A stretch of 29,939 bases of DNA, from contig JAJDCP010000004.1 in the NCBI GenBank assembly GCA_029260765.1, forward strand, positions 1 to 29,939, in the 5' to 3' direction. This document shows, one piece after another, positions 7,944-15,658 of this stretch. Every line of letters begins with the position of its first letter. Positions within the stretch are counted from its first letter, which is position 1. Under the pieces are notes generated by a model. That model was not told the origin of the DNA, ran no database searches, and saw only the letters and a list, made by a program, of their open reading frames with translations. Made by a program: the position numbers and the translations under genes. Source of the DNA: Planctomycetota bacterium (lineage in GTDB: Bacteria; Planctomycetota; J058; JAJDCP01).

Positions 7944-9594
7944 TGCGGCGCGCGAGCGCTGGGAACAAGAAGCAGCCCAAGGGCGGACGCGCGACGCCCT
8001 GTTCACCACCCTCTCGATGAAGCCGATCCCGCTGCTCGGGCAGCCGCAGAACCTGACGAGCGAGCAGCAGAAAGACTACCTCGACAAGCTGGGTTTTCCC
8101 GGGCAGTTCCCCTACACACGCGGGCTCCATCCCAACCTCTACCGCGGGCGTCTGTGGACGCACCGGCAGTTCGCAGGCTTCGGCAACGCCCGCGACACCA
8201 ACAAGCGCTACCACTTTCTACTCGAACGCGGGCAGACGGGCCTGTCGGTCGCCTTCGACATGCCGACGCTGATGGGCTACGACGCGGACCATCCTCTCGC
8301 TGAGGGAGAAGTCGGACGCTGCGGCGTCAGCATCTCCAGCCTCGCAGACATGGAGGTGCTGTTCGACGGCATCCCGCTCGGCGAAGTCAGCACCTCGATG
8401 ACCATCAACGGCCCGGCGGCTGTGATCTGGGCGATGTACATCGTGGCCGCAGAGAAGCAGGGAGTCGACAAGGCGAAGCTGCAGGGCACACTGCAGAATG
8501 ACATCCTCAAGGAATACATCGCGCAAAAAGAGTACCTGTTTCCGCCCAAGCCTTCGATGCGGCTGATGGTCGACACCATCGAATACGGCACCAACGAGAT
8601 GCCGTTTTGGAACACAGTCTCAGTCAGCGGCTACCACATCCGCGAAGCCGGCTCGACCGCCGCACAAGAGTTGGCCTTCACCCTGGCCGATGGCTTCGCC
8701 TATGTCGAGGCCTCGATCGAGCGCGGGCTGGACGTCGACGCCTTTGCGCCGCGCCTGTCCTTCTTCTTCAACAGCCACTCCGACTTCTTCGAAGAGATCG
8801 CCAAGTTCCGCGCCGCCCGCCGTATCTGGTCGCGGCGCATGCGGGATCGGTACGGCGCCAAGAATCCCCGCTCCTGGATGCTGCGCTTCCATACCCAGAC
8901 GGCGGGCTGCAGTTTGACGGCACAACAGCCCGAGAACAATATCGTGCGTACGGCGCTACAGGCCCTGGCAGCTGTCCTCGGCGGCACGCAGAGCCTGCAC
9001 ACGAACTCGATGGACGAGACGATGGCGCTGCCGACCGAGAAGGCGGTCGAGATCGCCCTGCGCACCCAGCAGCTGATCGCTGAAGAGAGCGCCGTGCCCC
9101 ACACGGTCGATCCGCTGGGAGGCTCGTGGTTCGTCGAGCAGATGACCGACTCGATGGAGGCGCAGGCCGAGGAATATTTCGCCAAGATCGATGCCCTGGG
9201 TGGGGTCGTGCCTGCCATCGAAGCCGGCTTCTTCCAGAGTGAGATCGGTGAGGCATCCTATGCCTTGCAGAAAGAGTATGAAAGCGGCAAGCGCGTCATC
9301 GTCGGCGTCAACAAGTACCGCCACGACGAGGACCTTGGCGCTCGGCAGCTCGAGACTCTGAAGATCACGCAGGAGACCGAGAACCTCGCGATCCGAGCCC
9401 ACAGAGCTGTGCTTCAGCGTCGCGACGCCGACAAAGTGCGGCGCGGCCTCGAGGCGGTGCGGCAGAGCGCTCGCTCGGACACCAACCTGATGCCGGCGCT
9501 GGTCAATGCAGTGCGCGAGTACGCGACCCTCGGGGAGATCTGTGAAGCCCTGCGGGAGGAGTTCGGGACCTACACTGAACCGGCAGCGTTCTGA
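7930..9594 (+). CDS. Acyl-CoA mutase large (substrate-binding) subunit, methylmalonyl-CoA mutase family N-terminal TIM-barrel domain only, non-MCM active-site variant
   Basis: ATG at 7930 after GGGAGA; it overlaps the kinase gene by 14 nt. A 554-aa product with MCM-family hallmarks: [85 protein letters not shown] and [23 protein letters not shown]. It has no C-terminal B12-binding Rossmann domain. Aligned by eye to recalled MCM, the substrate Tyr (RGPY) is His and the Arg of EFMVRNTY is Gln. Confidence 0.8.
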
Positions 9595-9598
9595 TCCG

Positions 9599-12109
9599 AT
9601 GCCTGATGACTCCGAACAGGCCGGGCCCCCATCGCCCCGTGCGGACGGGCGAGGGGGTGACGGGCGCGCTCCGAGCGAGAAACCCTCCCGGCGCACGAGT
9701 AGCTCGGGCGACCCGCATCGGCCCCGCAGACGGACCGGCAAACACCGTTCGGGGGGCCGCTCGGGCACGCACCGCAGCAAAGGCCGTGAGGCAGACCACA
9801 AGAAGAGCGGTCGCGCGAAAGCTGACCACAAAGGCAGCCGCAAGACGGGGCGGGAGACCAGCAGACAAAGCAGCTCCTCAGGTGAGCACCGGCGCGCTTC
9901 CGACGAGCAGGGAATCGCCGACGTGGTGCCCGACCGGCCTCGGCACGCGGGCTTTGACACGCCAGAAAACGAACGCCGTTCCGCGAAGCGCAGCCAACGA
10001 AGCTCACTGGGCCCCCACACTCCGGTACGGGCCCGACCGCGCTCTCGGGGAACCTGGCTGGTGCTGTTCGTTTTGCTGGCGCTCGGCGGCGGCTATTTCG
10101 GCTTGAGCAGGGTACTGGCGTGGCCGCGCGAACGCTTCCACAACCCCGTGCCCGGCTCGCTGCACATGCGGCCCATGGCCGGGCCAGCGGTGTTTGCGCC
10201 CGGGCCGGTGGCGAGCTTCGAGCTCGCATTCCCTGGACCACACTACGAGATCTTTGTGGCGGGAAACGCCCTGGCCGAGCTGCCGGAATACGCTGTGCTC
10301 AACGGGCAACCGATCTTCGCCTGGTCTGAGCCGCGCCCGCACCAATTGCGGCTCAGCTTTGGGCTCGAGGGGAGAGTGCCGATCAGCGACGAGGGCCTCG
10401 AGCCCTTTGCTCGCCAAGAGCTACGGGCGACCGAGCTGTGGCCGGCAGCCTATGGCGGGGCGCGGCTGCTGGTGGTGCGCGAGTGGATGCTGCAACGCCG
10501 GTTGTTTGGCCCTCCCGCCCTACCGATCATCGATGTCTTCCGAGCGAGCGGCCACGTCTCGCTACCATTGACCTGGTTTGCCCGTCCGGAGGAGGCGCTG
10601 CGGCGCGCTCCGGACAACCGGGAGCCCTTCAACCTGGAGGGACAGCCCGTGGTCTTACTGGCGAGCAGCGAGGCGGCTCTGCGGGTCGTCCCGGACTCCC
10701 GCCCGCTGGTGTTGGCGACCTGGGTCTGGCCCGACAGCCAGCAACCTCCTGGGCTTGCCTGGAACCCCGACGGCAGCGTCCGCGTCGAGACCTCTGCCAA
10801 CGACCTCGCCCTCGAAGATTGTGGCCTGCCCTGGTTGCAGATCGGCGTGCGCTCACAACGGGCCGCTGAAGCGGAGCGCAGTCAGCAGCTGAGCGCGTTG
10901 TGGGACGGCCTCCAGGCTGGCGCCGCTCAGGACCTCGGTCGCCTGCTCAACACCCGCGATCCAGAGCTGATCCGGCAGGTGGTCGAGCGTTTGCCGGCCA
11001 CCTTGGCCGGCGCTGGCCTGCCGGCCTGGCAACTCGAGCGGCTGTTGCTTGCCGGCCCCCGCGCGCTCCCCACGATCGTCGGACAGCTCCTACGTGGGGG
11101 GCTGCCCGGTCTGCCCTTCGCCCGGGTCAGCGACAGCGACCACGGTGTCGACGCGTTCCGATCGTGGCTGCCCGCGGACTACCCGGCTCGGTTGCGCGAG
11201 TGGCTGCTGCTGTACGACCCGGACCTCAAGTATGTCTGGCAAGAGCTCCGCGCGCACCCCGAGGCGCATCCCGCGCTCTGGCTCGACCTCGGCCGCGAGC
11301 TCGCGCGCCTGCACGGACGGAGCCAGGTGTTGCCCCTGCTGGCTCGACTGCTCGAGGACACGCGCCCAGCGGGCGGCCAAAGCACGATCCACCTCGGCAG
11401 CCAGGTGCTCGACTATGCGCCGCGGTTTTGCGACAAGGCCGTAGTCCTGCTGACTGAGCTGGCTGGCTGGCCCCTGGAGCTGCGACCGCTGCAAGAGTTG
11501 AGCGGACAGAGCCTTGACTGGAGCCGGCCGGAGTACTGGGACCTGCAACGCGAGCGAGCCCTGGCGCACTGGCAGCTTTCTCAGTTCCAGCCTGCCGGCT
11601 GGATCTCGCTGCAGGCGAGCAGTCTTGCTCCCCAGAGCAGCTGGGGCGCCGAGCTGCAGCTCAACGGAGAATGGCGCCGCGCGCGGGGCCAATGGGATGC
11701 CGCGCGCCGGCAGCTGGTGCTCGGGCCGCTGCCCGTGGGACCTCAGCAGCTGCGGGCTTTCCACGCGTCGGAGCTGGGCGAACGCGTCCTGGGGCCGACG
11801 CTCACGGTGGACGTTGCCGCGGAGAGCACGGTGGTGTGCCCTGTGACCCTGCCCAGCTTGCCCGGTCCGGGTAAGGGCTGGTTGCGGCTGCACCCCGGCG
11901 TATCCTCCGATTCGACCTGGCAGGTCGAGCTCCGCGACGAGACGCAACTGTTCAGCTGGTGGTTGCCGCAGACCGAGCTGCTGCTGGGACCGCTGACCGC
12001 CACCTCCTACCAACTTCGTGCCGGGCCGCTGCTGCAATCGCCCGGGGAGCCGCAGAACATCCAGCTGATCGCGGGGGAGACGCTGCAGGTGCAGTTTCCG
12101 TCGGAATGA
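9599..12109 (+). CDS. Hypothetical membrane protein with a ~160-aa highly basic disordered N-terminal region and a large extracytoplasmic domain
   Basis: ATG at 9599, 4 nt after the mutase stop. The ORF is open from 9506. The N-terminal region is Arg/Ser/Lys/His-rich (RRTSSSGDPHRPRRRTGKHRSGGRSGTHRSKGREADHKKSGRAKADHKGSRK), followed by a single TM helix WLVLFVLLALGGGYFGL and ~650 aa rich in Leu/Ala/Trp/Pro. Third-position GC bias supports this strand over the 499-aa antisense ORF 11090..12589. Confidence 0.5.
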   Translation: MPDDSEQAGPPSPRADGRGGDGRAPSEKPSRRTSSSGDPHRPRRRTGKHRSGGRSGTHRSKGREADHKKSGRAKADHKGSRKTGRETSRQSSSSGEHRRASDEQGIADVVPDRPRHAGFDTPENERRSAKRSQRSSLGPHTPVRARPRSRGTWLVLFVLLALGGGYFGLSRVLAWPRERFHNPVPGSLHMRPMAGPAVFAPGPVASFELAFPGPHYEIFVAGNALAELPEYAVLNGQPIFAWSEPRPHQLRLSFGLEGRVPISDEGLEPFARQELRATELWPAAYGGARLLVVREWMLQRRLFGPPALPIIDVFRASGHVSLPLTWFARPEEALRRAPDNREPFNLEGQPVVLLASSEAALRVVPDSRPLVLATWVWPDSQQPPGLAWNPDGSVRVETSANDLALEDCGLPWLQIGVRSQRAAEAERSQQLSALWDGLQAGAAQDLGRLLNTRDPELIRQVVERLPATLAGAGLPAWQLERLLLAGPRALPTIVGQLLRGGLPGLPFARVSDSDHGVDAFRSWLPADYPARLREWLLLYDPDLKYVWQELRAHPEAHPALWLDLGRELARLHGRSQVLPLLARLLEDTRPAGGQSTIHLGSQVLDYAPRFCDKAVVLLTELAGWPLELRPLQELSGQSLDWSRPEYWDLQRERALAHWQLSQFQPAGWISLQASSLAPQSSWGAELQLNGEWRRARGQWDAARRQLVLGPLPVGPQQLRAFHASELGERVLGPTLTVDVAAESTVVCPVTLPSLPGPGKGWLRLHPGVSSDSTWQVELRDETQLFSWWLPQTELLLGPLTATSYQLRAGPLLQSPGEPQNIQLIAGETLQVQFPSE

Positions 12110-12569
12110 CCGTAGGGATGTTGCCGGCGGCAGGCTGTGGGCATTGGGAAGTCGCCTTCGCAGCGGGCGCTCCCAAGGTCGTGGCCTTTCCTGCGAGATG
12201 GGTGCTTGCGGCTTCTCCAGGCGGTTGTCGTTGGGTTGATCAGGCAGTGTGCCAGTGGTAGCCTTGGGGAGTTGCAGCCGCAGTGCGGGAATTCCGACCC
12301 CCTTGGGACTCGCCCCTGGATTCTGAGCCCGCGCGCCCGCAACAATGGAACTGGGCGTGCTCGCCCTGCCAGAGGATGCGTCTCTGGAACCGGGGAGACC
12401 ATGGCAGACGGGGAGAGCCTGATCGATCTCGCCTCGCACGTCTGGGACCAGACCCTGGGGGCCGACTCCCTCGCTCGGGACATAGAAACCAGCGTAGGCT
12501 ACCACTACAGCTTCACCCCACCTCCAAAGATCGTGGCAGAGCTCACAGACGGCGATAATGCGGCTGCTG

Positions 12570-12782
12570 TTAGGAGAGTTCGAGCTCATCGATGAGGTCG
12601 AGCTGGAGGTCGTGGATGTTCTCGACGCTGAGGCGGCTGGGGCAGCAGTGGAAGAACAGCGCGAGGCGGCAGATCCAGCTGACGTAGGCTTCGATCGTCC
12701 TCCGGGAGTACGGACGGAGCTTCATCCGCTTGATCAGCTTCATGCGGAGAGGGCGGGCGGAAGTGGGAGCGAGCATGGTCAC
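12570..12782 (-). pseudogene. Tyrosine recombinase / integron-integrase-like N-terminal SAM-like domain fragment (truncated, no catalytic domain)
   Basis: A 70-aa ORF, MTMLAPTSARPLRMKLIKRMKLRPYSRRTIEAYVSWICRLALFFHCC..., resembling the start of IntI/XerD-type integrases (recalled IntI1: [21 protein letters not shown]). It stops inside the domain. No R..K..HxxR..Y catalytic region appears in any downstream minus-strand frame. Confidence 0.4.
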
Positions 12783-12880
12783 GGCGCATCCTCCTCTGTA
12801 GCCGTTGCTGATTCCAGGGTTGGGATTCGGGCCCGATCTTGCACGGGCTGGTGGCTCTCATAGGGAAGGGGGCGCTCGAT

Positions 12881-13030
12881 GGCCTAGTGCACGTAACCCA
12901 TTACAAAAAAAGCCGTTTAGGCCAATAGTCGATCCGACACTCTCAGCTGATAGCTAAAGGCTGAAAGCTGATAGCCTCGATAGAAATAGAGCAACGATCA
13001 AGAACCCCACCTGACGCCACAAATAGAGTA
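12881..13030. repeat. AT-rich island with short direct repeats, adjacent to the recombinase-fragment start
   Basis: Conspicuously AT-rich for this genome: cattacaaaaaaagccgtttaggccaatagtcgatccgacactctcagctgatagctaaaggctgaaagctgatagcctcgatagaaatagagcaacgatcaag. AGCTGATAGC occurs at 12945-12954 and 12966-12975, and AAATAGAG at 12984-12991 and 13021-13028. The inverted 6-mers GGCCTA (12881-12886) and TAGGCC (12918-12923) flank an A7 run. Confidence 0.5.
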
Positions 13031-13169
13031 CCGTTTAACTCTCGCCCAGCGCAGCTTTGAGGCCGAAGACTACAACAGTGTCTGCCTGCGGTTCTACCGT
13101 GCCCGGAGCAGCTTCGGACATGATCCCGAGGTCCGCGCTCGTGCTCTCCTGGGCCTGGCCCAGAGCCTG

Positions 13170-14366
13170 GTGGGCGTGGACAGCCAGGCGATCTTGCCCT
13201 TCGCCCAGGGTCCATCCCCTCAGCTCCTGGCCCTGTGTCTGCTGCTCCAATTGCTGGACGCTGAGGGCCGGCCACGGCCGGAGCTGGCCGCTGCCCTGGG
13301 GGATGCGGCTGGCGAGTTTTCAGCGCTCCTGAACGGCGATGGACGGAGCGACTTGATCCTGTTGGCGCGCCGCCGCGGCAGCCCGGTCGTCTATTTCCAG
13401 AACGCGAGGGGCGGTTTCGGCCAGGCCAGAATTGTCAGACCCGATTCCAGGCCTGCGCTGAGCGACTGTGTGGATGTAGAGGTCGCGGACCTCGACGGGG
13501 ACGGGCATGCCGAGCTGGTGCTGAAACTGGACGAGTGGCACGATGACTCTGTGAAAGTCTGGCGCGAGGATGGCGCCCGGGGTTTCCAGCTGCTGGACAG
13601 TCTGACCGTGGGGCGCGGCCGGCTGGCCCTGCGCCAGTTGCCCGAAGGTCCCCGCCTTCTTATCGACCCGTATCTGGAGACGGAGGACCGGAGCCTCCTC
13701 GCTTCGGGCTTCCCCTTCGATGAGGCGCCGCTTTGCTGCGCCTCGAGGCGGGGCGGCTCAGCAGCGAGAGTCTTTCAGCGCTGAACAGCGGCCGGAAAGC
13801 TCAGGCCGAGGTGTTGCGCCTGATGGGCAAAGAGCGCCTGGCTTTCAACAGCAAGCAGGGCTGTCTGCTCCACATCTTTAGAGGGAACCCTGTTGAGGAG
13901 CCCATTGGCTGGGAGGCTCTTCTTACCCCGCACGATGCTGCGAGCGCCGGGGCCGGGGCTCACCGACGCAGGCGGACGCCTCTACCGCCAACCCCGCAGT
14001 GAGGATCTGCAGGCGCTGCTTCTGGCTGAGCACCTGGTCGACCTTGATGAAGCGGCTGCACCCACCCGAATGCGGCTCTACATGCGCTTCCTGGCCGAAC
14101 AGTCCGAGGATCCTGGCGCGCCTTTCGTCGCGCTGCGCTTTCTGGAGCTATGCCAGGGAGACGCACAGACCCCCGCACAGGCACAGGCCCTGGAGGCGTT
14201 GCGGCTGGTGGGTTCCGGCGTGGATGCGGTCCAGTTGGAGCAACAGGAAGACATCGCCGCCGAGCAGCGCAGCCTTGCCGCGCAGCAAGAAGCTTGGGCC
14301 GCAGGCAGAGGTCTGCGCGCGCCCGAGGATCCAGCTGCACTCCTGGAGCCGCAGCAAGGGCCCTGA
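13170..14366 (+). pseudogene. Fragmented FG-GAP/VCBS-repeat protein gene (N-terminus missing; apparent frame changes near 13740-13900)
   Basis: ORF 13170..13784 (GTG start, no ATG; open in frame back to 12984 inside the AT-rich island) encodes FG-GAP-like Ca-binding repeats (NGDGRSDLILLARRRG; DLDGDGHAELVL) with no signal peptide. Protein-like translation continues in frame +2 (ORF 13733..14002), then returns to the original frame (ORF 13893..14366). This pattern suggests a disrupted gene or indels. Confidence 0.35.
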
Positions 14367-14576
14367 GCCGTAGCGTGCTTCCTGGGGGCGACCGCCCGTG
14401 GGTATCGGCCGCCCCACCATCGCATCCTCACGAGCGATCATCGACAGCGCTGAGGCCTTCTCCACACAGCTGCGCGCTGCAAGCAACAAAAAAAAGATCC
14501 ACTTTCTCTGATACCCGACAGCATGTCGCGGAAGTACCTCCAGTTGGTCGAGAGTTGTACTCGAGTCGGAGGAGCC

Positions 14577-15656
14577 ATGCCAGATCCCAAACCCAGGTCA
14601 GAGGTCATCGAGACGACCCGCGAAGGCGTGCGCAACGGCACCCGCATCCACTCGGGCCGCAACACCACCATCATCGTGCGCCGCGACGGCTTCGTGCGTT
14701 GTCGCTGGTCGACCCTGCAGGGACGGGTCGGAGACCAGGTCGAGCTGATCGCCGAGCTCGCTCCTGGCGCGACCATCAGCACGGCGACCTTCCGCATCTT
14801 CGAGCGCGACAAGGCGACCGAGGACGACGTGGTGACCGTACTGCCAGGACAGGTGCAGGGACAGAACATGCGTGCCACCTGGCGGGTCCAGAACATCGCG
14901 GAGGAGGCGGCGGAGCGCGCCGAGGGCAACAGCGACGGCCGGCGCTGGGAGTTGCCGGAGTTCTACTTCAGGGTCGAAGCCGGTGAAAAACGCGCCGATT
15001 CGGGCCGCGCAGACAACCGGCTGCTCAAGATCGTCGACCGGGTCGACCGGCCGGTGACCGGCTTCGACGGCAAGCCGCTGCCCGGGGCATCCTACGAGAT
15101 GGAGCTGGCCGATGGCAGCACGCGGCGCGGCACCCTCGACGAGCGGAGCCGCGTGCGGGAGGAGGAGGTACCCGCCGGCCGGTTCAAGCTGCGGGTCGAG
15201 CTGCCCAATCCCCTGCGCACCAGGCGACCGGCCAACCTGCTCGACAAGCTGAAACCCCTGCGCCCGATGCGTTGGGGGAGGCCCGACGCGGCCATCCGGC
15301 GGGCGGCTCTCGGCAAGCAACCCCTGAGGTTGCGGGGGCTGGGCTTCGACAGGCCCTTTGCGCTCAGCGGCGCGACGGTGCGGCTCTGGGCACAGCTGGA
15401 CGGGGGCGGATCGGAGGGGCTCAGCTTCCTCATCAAGAAGAAGGGCTCCGAGGCTACCGTCGCGACAGTGCCCGCCAGCCTGCGCGACTCGAAGCTGAGT
15501 GGCCAGTGGGTGGTCAGTGGGGCTTCGGGTGAGACGGCGTCGGGCCATCCTTGTGCGGACTTCGTTGTCCAGCTCGAGGTCGCCGGGCAACGTCTCGTTC
15601 CCGACAAAGCTTGCCGGGCCATGAGGGCCTACACCATCGAAAACAGGGAGTCCTAG
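14577..15656 (+). CDS. Hypothetical protein, upstream partner of the giant hemopexin-repeat protein
   Basis: ATG at 14577 (MPDPKPRSEVIETTREG...) follows GGAGGAG; the ORF opens at 14523. A ~360-aa product with mixed beta-rich-looking composition (TATFRIFERDKATEDDVVTVLPGQVQGQNMRATWRVQ; GRFKLRVELPNP). I recognise no family. Its stop (15654-15656) lies 2 nt before the next gene's ATG. An AT-rich tract (caacaaaaaaaagatccactttctctgata, 14486-14515) lies upstream. Confidence 0.55.
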   Translation: MPDPKPRSEVIETTREGVRNGTRIHSGRNTTIIVRRDGFVRCRWSTLQGRVGDQVELIAELAPGATISTATFRIFERDKATEDDVVTVLPGQVQGQNMRATWRVQNIAEEAAERAEGNSDGRRWELPEFYFRVEAGEKRADSGRADNRLLKIVDRVDRPVTGFDGKPLPGASYEMELADGSTRRGTLDERSRVREEEVPAGRFKLRVELPNPLRTRRPANLLDKLKPLRPMRWGRPDAAIRRAALGKQPLRLRGLGFDRPFALSGATVRLWAQLDGGGSEGLSFLIKKKGSEATVATVPASLRDSKLSGQWVVSGASGETASGHPCADFVVQLEVAGQRLVPDKACRAMRAYTIENRES

Positions 15657-15658
15657 TC

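Noticed and set aside
8956-10020. 354-aa minus-strand ORF overlapping the mutase 3' end and the basic-tail gene
   Set aside because: It is antisense to two plus-strand genes, one with strong family motifs, and has no features of its own.
11090-12589. 499-aa minus-strand ORF overlapping the 3' half of the 9599..12109 gene
   Set aside because: It is antisense to a longer ORF with better third-position GC bias. It has no domain signal, and its N-terminus shows no recombinase catalytic motifs despite lying next to the integrase fragment.
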